Program-made: the position numbers and the translations under genes
Origin: an uncultured Dehalococcoidia bacterium
Lineage (GTDB): Bacteria > Chloroflexota > Dehalococcoidia > DSTF01 > JACRBR01
Direction: 5' to 3'
Assembly: GCA_964371095.1 (NCBI GenBank)
Contig: CAYJMJ010000011.1
Coordinates: forward strand, 1,590-65,589
DNA: 64,000 nt
The notes under the pieces: generated by a model
The model's database searches: none
Seen by the model: the letters and a program-made list of their open reading frames with translations, nothing else
What the model was told of the DNA's origin: nothing
In this document: piece by piece, positions 9,845-18,656 of the stretch
How positions within the stretch are numbered: the first letter of the stretch is position 1
Layout: every line of letters starts with the position of its first letter

Positions 9845-10027
9845 TCAGACGACATCCGGCAGCGGCCACTTGAGGTCGCAACTCAGACACCGTGCCTGGA
9901 CCATCACACCGCCGCTCCAGTAGCTGGCCGTGAAGTACTTCCGGCAGCGAGGGCACTCCGAATCGCCCATGCGCACCTCGCGGGACGGCGGGGCCGTGTG
10001 GTCATCCTTGACGTCCGGGGCGTTCAT
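9845..10027 (-). CDS. Small zinc-ribbon protein (CPRC...CLSC)
   Basis: 60-aa ORF with two CxxC pairs and high GC3. No homolog recognised. Confidence 0.45.
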   Translation of the reverse strand: MNAPDVKDDHTAPPSREVRMGDSECPRCRKYFTASYWSGGVMVQARCLSCDLKWPLPDVV

Positions 10028-10190
10028 ACACCTCTCCGGCTCTCATTGTACAACGCCTCCGCTTAGCCTTCTATAGCTTGCGGGATGGGATATTGACGTT
10101 CTTCATGCCTGTAAGCCGATCTGCCAGGGTCAAGTCCGGCCCGGGGGCGCGCGCCGGGCCGGAGCCACGTCTGCCGCCAGTCAGGACGGG

Positions 10191-10514
10191 CTATTCGACA
10201 TCGTCGATGTCGTCGTCATCGTCGTACTCGTCGTTGCTCTCGACCCACTCGCGGAACGTGGCGCACGCGCCGTCAACCTGCGGATGGCGGATGGTGAAGT
10301 TGCCGCCGCGCATCCGGTTCAACATGTGCCATTCGAATCCGACGAGCGCCTCGACCTCCTCGTCGGCCGTGATCTTGCCGAGGGCGATCGGGTAGGGCGG
10401 CGGCATGTAGCGGCGCTCGGCCAGGCTGCCGACGTACTTCCCGCAGCGGTCGCAAACCAGCCCGCTGCGGATCGCGGCGATGAACTCAGCGAGCGTGCCG
10501 GGTTGCTGTTCCAT
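10191..10514 (-). CDS. Hypothetical protein with a CDRC motif and a poly-Asp acidic C-terminal tail
   Basis: 107 aa, high GC3, tail NDEYDDDDDIDDVE. Confidence 0.5.
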   Translation of the reverse strand: MEQQPGTLAEFIAAIRSGLVCDRCGKYVGSLAERRYMPPPYPIALGKITADEEVEALVGFEWHMLNRMRGGNFTIRHPQVDGACATFREWVESNDEYDDDDDIDDVE

Positions 10515-10617
10515 GTCGGCATTGTAATCCGGGGTGGCTACTGGCGCTCCGAGGTGATGATACGATTAGGGGTATTCCCCGATAGCCCGCCGATCAGCGC
10601 CCTGATCTAATACGGAC

Positions 10618-11460
10618 ATGCTTGAACCGATCACCGCTCCCGCCCGGCGACCGCGGCGGGAAGTAAAGACTCCCCTCAAACTCGCCCGCGGCGGGCCGCG
10701 GCCGAACCGCATCATCACGGGCGACTGTCTCGACGAGATGCGAGCGTGGCCGGACGGCTGCATCGACCACTGCATCGTGGACCCACCGTTCAACATCGGC
10801 TCCGGCAGCGGCCGCAAGAGCAAGAACGGGCTCGGCTGGGCGTTCTCGTCGCACGTGACGATGGACGAAACGTGGGACGCGTTCACGAAGGACGACTTCT
10901 TCGCGTTCAACGTCGCGTGGCTGCGCGAAGTCTGCCGCGTCGTCAAGCCGAACGGAAACATCCTCGTGTTCGGCACCTACCACAACATCTACCAGCTCGG
11001 CTTCATCCTGCAGCACGTGCTCGACCGGCGCATCCTGAACTCGGTGGTGTGGTTCAAACCGAACGCACAGCCGAACATCACCGCGCGGACGCTCACCGAG
11101 AGCACCGAGCAGATCATCTGGGCGGTAAACGAGACGCCGGCACGTGCGACGGGATGGACGTTCAACTACTGGGACGCCAAGGAGATGAACGGCGGCAAGC
11201 AGATGCGCAACATGTGGGACTTCCCGGTGACGTCGAAGAAGGAGCGGGCGGCAGGCAAGCACCCGTCGCAGAAGCCGCTGGCGCTGCTGGAGCGGGCGGT
11301 GCTCCTGGCATCGCACCCAGGCGAGCTGCTGCTCGATCCGTTCGGCGGCGCGGGCACGCTCGGCGTCGCGGCTGCGAAGCACGGCCGGGAATGGCTGCTC
11401 ATCGAGAGCGTGCCGGAGTACGCCGAGATCGCGGAGCGGCGCGTCGCCGCCGCGAGCTGA
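10618..11460 (+). CDS. DNA methyltransferase, beta-class N6-adenine/N4-cytosine (N6_N4_Mtase family, CcrM-like), apparently orphan
   Basis: N-terminal motif IV IVDPPFN and C-terminal motif I LDPFGGAGTLGVAA. No restriction endonuclease gene adjacent. Confidence 0.85.
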   Translation: MLEPITAPARRPRREVKTPLKLARGGPRPNRIITGDCLDEMRAWPDGCIDHCIVDPPFNIGSGSGRKSKNGLGWAFSSHVTMDETWDAFTKDDFFAFNVAWLREVCRVVKPNGNILVFGTYHNIYQLGFILQHVLDRRILNSVVWFKPNAQPNITARTLTESTEQIIWAVNETPARATGWTFNYWDAKEMNGGKQMRNMWDFPVTSKKERAAGKHPSQKPLALLERAVLLASHPGELLLDPFGGAGTLGVAAAKHGREWLLIESVPEYAEIAERRVAAAS

Positions 11461-11464
11461 CGAA

Positions 11465-12568
11465 TCAGTGTGGCCGCTGAGGGGCCTCGCGCGGCGAATC
11501 CCCGGCATCCCACAGGACGCCCTGTTCGACCCGAGTTTCGCCCGCCAGCCTGGAACACTGGACGCCCAGCAACCGGAAGCGGTCGCCCGGTCTCGCCACC
11601 TCGGCCAGAAGGCGAGACGCGACGTTCGCGATCGCTTCGGCCGCATCGATCGGCATCGCGAGGCTTGATTGGCGCGTGATCGTGCGAAAGTCGGCGTACC
11701 GAAGCTTGATCGCCACCGTGTGCGCTCGCACGCCGGCGCGGACCAGGCGCTGCGCAACCTGACCGGCCACCCGGTCGAGGGCGGCGCGCAGTTCTGGGCC
11801 ATCCGGCAGATCCTCTGCGAACGTGGTCTCGGCGCCCACCGATTTTCGCTCGTGCTCCGTCACGACGGGAGCACCGTCGATGCCGCGGGCGACGTCGCGG
11901 AGGTGGCGGCCGCGCGAGCCGAGCAACCGCTCGGTCGCGGCATCGTCGAGCCGCGCCATGTCGCCGATCGTGCGCACGCCGAACCGGCCGAGCACGGTTT
12001 CGGTCTTCGGCCCGATGCCCCAGAGGGCGCGAACGGGCAACGGCGCCAGGAATGCCGCCTCGTGGCCCGATGGCACGATGAGGAGTCCGTCGGGCTTACC
12101 GAGATCGGACGCGATCTTCGCGATGCTCTTGCTCGCGCCCAGACCGATCGACACGGTGAGGCCGGTCGCTTCCTTCACCTGTCGCTTGAGGTCCCGCGCC
12201 ATGCGCTCGGCGGTCGCGGCGTCGATCGCGTGTGTGCTGACGTCGAGGAACGCCTCGTCGAGCGATAGCGGCTCGACGAGTGGCGTCAAAGCGCGGAAGA
12301 TTGCCATCACTCTGCGAGACAGCTCCATGTAGCGATCGAAACGCGGCGACACACGGACTGCGTTGGGGCAGATGCGCAGGGCGCGGCTCATCGGCATGGC
12401 GGAGTGCACGCCGAAGCGGCGCGCCTCGTACGATGCCGCGGCGACCACGCCGCGGCTCTCCGGCGGGCCGCCGACGACCACCGGCTGGCCGCGCAGCTCC
12501 GGATCGTCGAGCTGCTCGACGGACGCGAAGAAGGCGTCCAGGTCGGCGTGGATGATCGTACGCGGCAT
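11465..12568 (-). CDS. dinB: DNA polymerase IV (Y-family translesion polymerase)
   Basis: MPRTIIHADLDAFFASVEQLDDPELRGQPVVVGG... classic DinB N-terminus. 367 aa. Confidence 0.9.
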   Translation of the reverse strand: MPRTIIHADLDAFFASVEQLDDPELRGQPVVVGGPPESRGVVAAASYEARRFGVHSAMPMSRALRICPNAVRVSPRFDRYMELSRRVMAIFRALTPLVEPLSLDEAFLDVSTHAIDAATAERMARDLKRQVKEATGLTVSIGLGASKSIAKIASDLGKPDGLLIVPSGHEAAFLAPLPVRALWGIGPKTETVLGRFGVRTIGDMARLDDAATERLLGSRGRHLRDVARGIDGAPVVTEHERKSVGAETTFAEDLPDGPELRAALDRVAGQVAQRLVRAGVRAHTVAIKLRYADFRTITRQSSLAMPIDAAEAIANVASRLLAEVARPGDRFRLLGVQCSRLAGETRVEQGVLWDAGDSPREAPQRPH

Positions 12569-12604
12569 TGCGGTCAGGATATCGCCGCACGGGCTCGTCC
12601 GAGA

Positions 12605-13210
12605 TCAGCCACGGGACGTCCGGGCGCGGCCCCGCCGGGAGACGGCGCGGCGCATGATCGGACGACGGTCGTTCCGGCGGGCGACCTCGGTGAAACCCGC
12701 CGCGCCGAAGAGTTCTGCGACACCGTGGTACGCCTCGTCGTCGCGGATGCGGCGGCCATCGGTATCGACCGGGTACGCCTCGATCATGCGCGCGCCGTGC
12801 TCCGCCGCCAGCGATGCCGCGCCGTCGAGCAGCGCCCGGGCGATGCCACGGCCGCGGTATGCGGCGGCGATGAAGAAGCACGTGATCGACCAGACCGGGG
12901 CGTCATCGACCCGCGCCAGCGTGCGAGAGCGCTCCAGCCGCCCGTACGCCTCGCGCGGCGCGACCGCGCACCAGCCGGCAGGCCGGCGATCGACGTACGC
13001 GAGCACGCCGGGCGGCGGTCCGTCGTTGACGATGCGGCGGAACGCGTCGCGGTTCTTCGTGCCCTGATTCGCGCGGAACTCGGCCGTTGTCTCGCGGAAC
13101 CACATGCACCAACAGTCGTCGGTGACGCGATCGCTCCGGAACAGCGCGGACAGATCGCGCCAGCGGTCCGCCGTCAGGGGGTGGATCTCGATGTTCGTGG
13201 GCGCCTTCAT
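12605..13210 (-). CDS. GNAT-family N-acetyltransferase
   Basis: 201 aa. Acetyl-CoA binding region AAYRGRGIARALLDGA. Lies between dnaE2 and dinB on the same strand. Confidence 0.85.
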   Translation of the reverse strand: MKAPTNIEIHPLTADRWRDLSALFRSDRVTDDCWCMWFRETTAEFRANQGTKNRDAFRRIVNDGPPPGVLAYVDRRPAGWCAVAPREAYGRLERSRTLARVDDAPVWSITCFFIAAAYRGRGIARALLDGAASLAAEHGARMIEAYPVDTDGRRIRDDEAYHGVAELFGAAGFTEVARRNDRRPIMRRAVSRRGRARTSRG

Positions 13211-13255
13211 GAAGCTCTCCTTTGCTCGCGCTACGGTTCGCGTGACCCGACTCGC

Positions 13256-16200
13256 TCACCCGAAATTGTGCGACACCGGCGCCTGCATCGCCTGCGGCAC
13301 CGGCAGCACGGCGAAGCGCTCCGCCAGCACGTTGAGCGTGCCCTCCTTGCGCTGCAATTCTCCATCGATGATGACGAACGCCTCGCCCCGCACAAGGGCG
13401 CGCTGCCGCTCGTGCAGCCACGGCGGCACGATGACGTTGATCATCCCGAACTCGTCCTCGAGCAACAAGAACACGAACCCCTTGGCCGTCCCCGGCTGCT
13501 GGCGGCAGACGACCATGCCCGGCACGCGCAGCCGCATGCCATCCGGCATCGCCTGCAGGTGGCGCAGCGAAGGCAGCGACTCCCCGAGATGCGGGCGGAT
13601 GAGCTGCATCGGGTGATAGCCGGGCGAGAGCGAGAGCAGCCGGTAGTCCGCGGTCATCCGCTCCCACGTGCTCATGTCGCCGAGAGGCACGCAATCCTGC
13701 GCGACCGGCAGCGCCAGCGCGAGCTGGGCGTTCGGCGGCCGGTACAACAGCCCGGTCTGCCACAGCAGCTCGCGCCGGTTCATGCCGAATGCGTCGAACG
13801 CGCCGACCTGCACCAGGTGCTCGATCGCCTCTTGCCGCAGGCCGCAGTCCGGGATGCTCCCCATGCGGCGCACGAAGTCGGCAAGCGAGGCGAACGCGCC
13901 GTTGCGCCCGCGCTCGCCCGCGATGGCCCGCGCGACATCGGCGCCGATGCTCTTGACGTAGCCGAAGCCGATGCGCAGGGCACCCTCCTCGACGGTGCAG
14001 GCGGCGCTGCTGTGGTTGATGTCGGGCGAGAGCACGGTGACGCCGTGGCGCTTCGCGTCGTGTGTCAGGACGTGCGGGGGATAAAAGCCCATCGGCTGGG
14101 CGTTGAGCAGCGCGCAGGTGAACTCGACGGTGTAGTAGCGGCGCAGCCACGCCGACTGGAACGCGAGAAACGCGAACGCGGCCGAGTGGCTTTTAGGGAA
14201 GCCGAACTCGGCGAACGCCACGATCTTCTCGAAGACCTTCCGCGCGACCTCGTCGCTGACGCCATTGGCGCGCGCTCCCTCGATGAACATCTCCAGAAAG
14301 CGGTTCATGTTCTCGCGCGAACGCTTGCGGCTCATGGCGCGGCGCAGCGCCTCCGCCTGCCCCTCGCTGAAGCCGGCGACGGCGATCGCCGCCTGCAACA
14401 CCTGCTCCTGGTAGAGGATCACGCCGAGCGTCTCGCCCAGCACTGGCTCCAGGCTCGGATGGTCGAACGGCGGCTTGAACGCCGGGTCGGCGAGCTGCGC
14501 CTGCCGGTGCCGCACGTACGGGTTGACGGCGCCGCCGACGATCGGCCCCGGACGGATGATCGCCACCTGCACCGTCAGGTCCTCGATCGAGCGCGGGCGC
14601 GTGCGCGGCAGCATCTGCATCTGCGCGCGGCTCTCGATCTGAAAGACGCCGACGGTGTCGGCCTCGCAGACCATGTCGTAGACCTCCGCGTCGCTGAAAT
14701 CGATGCGGCTGAGGTCCTCGATGTGGCCGTGCTGCTCGGCGATCAGGTCGCTGCACTCCTCGACGAGTGACAGCATGCCGAGAGCGAGGAAGTCGATCTT
14801 GATGAAGCGGGCGTCATCGACCGAATCCTTGTCCCACTGGCAGATGTAGCGCCCGGCCATCGCCGCCTGCTCGACGGGCACCAGCTCGACGATCGGCTTC
14901 GTGGAGATCACCATGCCGCCGACATGCTGGCTGAGGTGGCGCGGGAAGCGCGAGATTTGTTCCGAAAGCTCGATCAGGTCGCGCCAGATCGGCGCGTCGA
15001 CCTTGCCGGCGTACTCGGGGTACCTCGCCATCTCGGCCGCGATGTCGCCGCCGCTGCCCCACCCAGCGCGCTTGGCCAGCCGGTCCAACTCGCTTTCAGC
15101 GATGCCCAGCGCCTTGCCGACATCGCGGATCGCGCTGCGCAGCCGGTACGTCGGGAAACTGGCGACGAGCGCGGCGTGCTCACGGCCGAACTTCTCGTAC
15201 ACGCGCAGGATGAGTTGCTCGCGGATGTCGCGCGGGAAGTCGAGGTCGATGTCGGGGACGGATGAGATCTCGTCGCTCAGGAAGCGGCCGAGGAAGAGGT
15301 TGTGCTTGATCGGATCGACGTGCGAGAGGCCGATCAGGTAGCAGAGGATCGAGCTGACCGACGAGCCGCGGCCGCGGCCGGGCGGCAATCCGGATTGACT
15401 GCGCGCGCTGTGTGGGCCACGCACCTCGGCCGCCACCTGGCGGCTCAGCTCGAGCAGTTCGCGGTAGATGAGGAAGAAGCCGGAAAGCCCGTGTTTGCGC
15501 ACGAGCCGCAGCTCCTCGCACAGCCGCTCATCGACGGCCGGCGGAATGCCGCCGCCGATGAGGCCATAGCGCTCGCGCGCCGCCTGCCGGCACACCGTCT
15601 CCAGGTACTCGTCGGCCGTCGAGCCGTCAGGCGTCGCGTAGTCGGGGAAGCGGTAGTCGAGGTCGGACGCCAGATCGAACGTGCAGCGCTCGGCGATACG
15701 TGCGCCCTCGTCGAGCGCCTCTGGCCACTCGGCGAAGAGCTCTTCCATCTCGGCGGGCGGTTTGAGGTAGTACTCGGAGTTTTCGCGCCGCTCGCGATGC
15801 GACGCCTCGAGCGTGCTGCGATGCCGGATCGCCACCATGACGTCCTGCAGGCGATGGCGCGCGCGTTCGTGGTAGTGGACGTCGTTCGTCGCGACGCAGC
15901 GCAGGCCGTGCTCGCGGGCGAGGCCGGCGAGGCGGCGGCAGCGCTCGCTGTCGCCGTGCACGAGGTTCTGCTGCAACTCGATGTAGAAGTTTTCGGGGCC
16001 GAACCAATCGACATAACGCAGCAGTGCCGCCTCGGCGGCGGCCATGTCGCCAGCCGCGACGAGGGCGGGCACCTCGCCGCGCTTGCAGCCGGAGAGCGCG
16101 ATCAGCCCGCGGGTGTGCCGCGCCAGCACGTCGAGCGGCAGCCGCGGCTGCTTGCGTACGCTGCCCAGGTGGGCGGTGGAGAGCAGGCGACAGAGATTGT

Positions 16201-16486
16201 TGTAGCCCTCGACGGTGGCGGCGAGCAGCGTCAGGTGATGGCCGTTGGCGAGCGTCACCTCGGCGCCGGTGATGGCGCGGATGCCGAACGCCTTCGCCGC
16301 CTGCGCGAACTCCATTGATCCGTAGAGCCCGTCGTGGTCGGTCAGCGCGAGGGCGGTGTAGCCGAGATCGCGCGCGCGCAGGATCAGCTCGTCGACGCTC
16401 GACGCGCCATCGAGCAGCGACCAGCAGGAGTGCAGGTGCAGCTCGGCGCGGTAGTGGTGGGCCGCTAGTACCGTTGCATCCACCAC
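13256..16486 (-). CDS. dnaE2: Error-prone DNA polymerase III alpha-like subunit DnaE2 (ImuC)
   Basis: PHP domain HYRAELHLHSCWSLLDGASS, pol III alpha core, ~1076 aa. Proposed start GTG 16486 with a GGAGGGGG SD (the ORF track extends to 16582). Confidence 0.9.
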   Translation of the reverse strand: MVDATVLAAHHYRAELHLHSCWSLLDGASSVDELILRARDLGYTALALTDHDGLYGSMEFAQAAKAFGIRAITGAEVTLANGHHLTLLAATVEGYNNLCRLLSTAHLGSVRKQPRLPLDVLARHTRGLIALSGCKRGEVPALVAAGDMAAAEAALLRYVDWFGPENFYIELQQNLVHGDSERCRRLAGLAREHGLRCVATNDVHYHERARHRLQDVMVAIRHRSTLEASHRERRENSEYYLKPPAEMEELFAEWPEALDEGARIAERCTFDLASDLDYRFPDYATPDGSTADEYLETVCRQAARERYGLIGGGIPPAVDERLCEELRLVRKHGLSGFFLIYRELLELSRQVAAEVRGPHSARSQSGLPPGRGRGSSVSSILCYLIGLSHVDPIKHNLFLGRFLSDEISSVPDIDLDFPRDIREQLILRVYEKFGREHAALVASFPTYRLRSAIRDVGKALGIAESELDRLAKRAGWGSGGDIAAEMARYPEYAGKVDAPIWRDLIELSEQISRFPRHLSQHVGGMVISTKPIVELVPVEQAAMAGRYICQWDKDSVDDARFIKIDFLALGMLSLVEECSDLIAEQHGHIEDLSRIDFSDAEVYDMVCEADTVGVFQIESRAQMQMLPRTRPRSIEDLTVQVAIIRPGPIVGGAVNPYVRHRQAQLADPAFKPPFDHPSLEPVLGETLGVILYQEQVLQAAIAVAGFSEGQAEALRRAMSRKRSRENMNRFLEMFIEGARANGVSDEVARKVFEKIVAFAEFGFPKSHSAAFAFLAFQSAWLRRYYTVEFTCALLNAQPMGFYPPHVLTHDAKRHGVTVLSPDINHSSAACTVEEGALRIGFGYVKSIGADVARAIAGERGRNGAFASLADFVRRMGSIPDCGLRQEAIEHLVQVGAFDAFGMNRRELLWQTGLLYRPPNAQLALALPVAQDCVPLGDMSTWERMTADYRLLSLSPGYHPMQLIRPHLGESLPSLRHLQAMPDGMRLRVPGMVVCRQQPGTAKGFVFLLLEDEFGMINVIVPPWLHERQRALVRGEAFVIIDGELQRKEGTLNVLAERFAVLPVPQAMQAPVSHNFG

Positions 16487-16752
16487 GCCCCCTCCGGCAA
16501 GTCCCGGTACACCGTCACCACGCGATCGCCCTCCAGCCGGAGCTGGTAGTACATGCGCGAGACCGGCGTCTCCCGCCACCACTCGTCGTCGATCCGCCAG
16601 CGGTCCTGGATCGCCGTCACGGCGCGCACGACGCCTTCGACCAGCACCGCGTGCGGGCGGCCGCGCTCATCGGCCTGCACCTGCAGGCGCGACGGCGACG
16701 CTAGAGGTCGTAGTCGATGAGCGCGTACCGGCGCTCCGGGATCCTTGACCAC
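16465..16752 (-). CDS. ORF encoding an ImuB C-terminal-domain-like Trp-rich segment (…DRWRIDDEWWRETPVSRMYYQLRLEGDRVVTVYRDLPEGAWWMQRY) in a frame shifted -1 relative to imuB. Either a split/frameshifted imuB 3' end or a separate small gene
   Basis: In this frame GC3 is low over the first 17 codons (which overlap imuB) and becomes high immediately after the imuB TAG at 16701-16703. Confidence 0.5.
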   Translation of the reverse strand: MVKDPGAPVRAHRLRPLASPSRLQVQADERGRPHAVLVEGVVRAVTAIQDRWRIDDEWWRETPVSRMYYQLRLEGDRVVTVYRDLPEGAWWMQRY

Positions 16753-17900
16753 GGCTCCACCTCCACCACGCGCGCCACCTGCGACTCGCCACCGAAGCGC
16801 GCCTTCAGCTGCCGCAGCGCCGCCAGCAGCTGCGCGCGCCGCCGCGCCTGCTCCGCGAACAGGAGGCTGCGCTGCTTCCCCGTCTCCGATGTCAGGCCGA
16901 TGAACTCCAGCACCATCTCCTCGACCGGCCCGGCGAGCTGCAACGGCTCGATCAACTTGCGCAGCACGAAGACGATGCCCGCCTCGTCGCCCAGCGGCTC
17001 GCGGAAAGTCAGCGTGCGCTCCCAGCTGCCGCCATCGAGCAGCACCAGACGCAGCCGCAGCTGCCGCACCTGCCGGTAGCGCATCGCCGGCCGCTGCAGC
17101 AGCCGTCCGGCGAGCTGCCGCGCGGCGATGAGCAACGCGCCGCTGTTCACCGTCGGCGCGGGCATCGACAGCGTGCCGGCGACCGGCTCGACGCGCGCGC
17201 GTGGCAGGAACGGCGTGGTATCGATGCCGCGCGCCAGCTCGTACAACCGGCGCCCCTCGCCGCCGAACTGCGCCTGCATCGAGCCGATGGGCAGCGCCGC
17301 GACGTCGCCGATGGTGTGCAGGCCATACAGCGCCAGCTTGCGGTGCGCCTCGTACGAGACCGGCAGGAACGATGTGCTGAGCGGCGCGAGAAAGGCCTGC
17401 TCGCGGCCCGCGGGCACGACAGCGGCCTCGCCCGGCGCGCTCACCGTCGCCGCCGCCCAGGCGACGAACTTGCCCTCGCCAGCTCCCGCGCTCGCATCGA
17501 CGCCGCTGCCGGCCCGCACTGCGCGCACCAGGCGCCCGGCGGCGCGCGATTGCGCGTCATCGTCCGCGTGCGGATCGATCGCGGCGAAGGCGGTGCCCGG
17601 CTCGCCGGGCTCGACGTGCGGCTCCGCGCCCTCGATCGCGTCGAGCAGGGCCTCGAAGGCGCGGCTGTAGAAGACGGGATCGGGCGGCAGCAGCACCATG
17701 TCGGACACGATCGTGCGCGCGTCGCGCAGCGGCATGCCGGTGCGGACGCCGCGCGCCGCCGCCTCGGGCGAGCAGTCGATGATCTCGTTCGCGCCGGGCG
17801 GCGGCTCGCCGATGGCGGCGGGGCAGCCGGCGAGTTCGGGCGCGCGCCGCCGTTCGAGGGCGATGCGGAAGTTGGGGACGGTGACACAGGCCAGGCGCAC
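16701..17900 (-). CDS. imuB: ImuB (catalytically inactive Y-family polymerase-like mutasome subunit)
   Basis: 399 aa. DinB-like fold without the acidic catalytic triad context. Sits directly upstream of dnaE2 in the canonical cassette order. Confidence 0.8.
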   Translation of the reverse strand: MRLACVTVPNFRIALERRRAPELAGCPAAIGEPPPGANEIIDCSPEAAARGVRTGMPLRDARTIVSDMVLLPPDPVFYSRAFEALLDAIEGAEPHVEPGEPGTAFAAIDPHADDDAQSRAAGRLVRAVRAGSGVDASAGAGEGKFVAWAAATVSAPGEAAVVPAGREQAFLAPLSTSFLPVSYEAHRKLALYGLHTIGDVAALPIGSMQAQFGGEGRRLYELARGIDTTPFLPRARVEPVAGTLSMPAPTVNSGALLIAARQLAGRLLQRPAMRYRQVRQLRLRLVLLDGGSWERTLTFREPLGDEAGIVFVLRKLIEPLQLAGPVEEMVLEFIGLTSETGKQRSLLFAEQARRRAQLLAALRQLKARFGGESQVARVVEVEPWSRIPERRYALIDYDL

Positions 17901-17986
17901 GAGCCGGCTCCGTTCGGGAGATGTACCCTCGGCCCGAAGAGGTGAACCGGGCTGCCCGGGAAGCGGGCGGAAGGGCTGACCTCAGT

Positions 17987-18027
17987 ATAGAACGGATGTG
18001 CTATCTGTCAATGGGAGACAGGTATAG
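17987..18027. promoter_or_regulatory. Candidate SOS operator/promoter region upstream of imuB. Contains a Cheo-box-like AGAACggatGTGCT (one mismatch from GAAC-N4-GTTC) and the palindrome CTATCTGTC-N7-GACAGgtATAG, plus TATAG(A) -10-like elements
   Basis: Read directly: cagtatagaacggatgtgctatctgtcaatgggagacaggtatag, in the AT-richer gap between imuB (start 17900) and the upstream gene. Confidence 0.3.
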
Positions 18028-18098
18028 CGGCCGAAAATAATGTGACATAAGCGAGCATCGGCGACGCCGCCGGTCCGGCGCCTCGCGGACGTACGGCG

Positions 18099-18524
18099 TC
18101 AGCCGTTTGACTCGCTTGAGTGGCCGTCGGTCGCCAGCGCGGCGACGAATCCCGCCGGGTCTTGGAGCGAGACGCAGATCGCTTCGAACCGCCACGGCAG
18201 CCGGAAGAGGCCGAAGCGCACCTGCCGCGGCTCGCGCAGCCGCACCTCGACGACGCCCGAGCGGGCGCCGATGAGGCCGATGCGCCGGTCGAGCGTCATC
18301 CGCCATCCGATGCCGGCCAGCAGCGGCCACCGCGCCTCCCGCACCGACGCGATGTCCACCCGCGCCACCGTCTCGTGGAAGATCACGCCGAAGCCGAACC
18401 GCACGTCGTTCTTGCCGACATCGACATACGAGGCGCCCTGCGTCCCGCCGAAGAGCGCCAACAGCGGCCGCCACATCGCGTCGAGCCGCATCGGAAACCG
18501 CGTCATCGCGTCGCTCATGTTCAA
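18099..18524 (-). CDS. Hypothetical protein (possibly bacterial PH-domain-like)
   Basis: 141 aa, very high GC3, no recognised motif. Confidence 0.5.
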   Translation of the reverse strand: MNMSDAMTRFPMRLDAMWRPLLALFGGTQGASYVDVGKNDVRFGFGVIFHETVARVDIASVREARWPLLAGIGWRMTLDRRIGLIGARSGVVEVRLREPRQVRFGLFRLPWRFEAICVSLQDPAGFVAALATDGHSSESNG

Positions 18525-18656
18525 CTCACGCTCCGGATGGACTCCTCAGCCGCCATTGTAGTACGGACCGCGGCCGTTTCCTCCCGTTTTCCGATACCCG
18601 CCGTTCATCTCCCGCTCCAACGTAGGCCCTGACACCCGACACGCTATCCTTTCCCG

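Noticed and set aside
12404-14770. 788-aa plus-strand ORF
   Set aside because: Antisense shadow of dnaE2. Low-complexity Arg/Ala/Asp composition.
16690-16760. Programmed -1 ribosomal frameshift joining imuB to its C-terminal domain
   Set aside because: No slippery X_XXY_YYZ heptamer or obvious stimulatory structure at the junction. Indel, pseudogenisation or a naturally split gene are more parsimonious.
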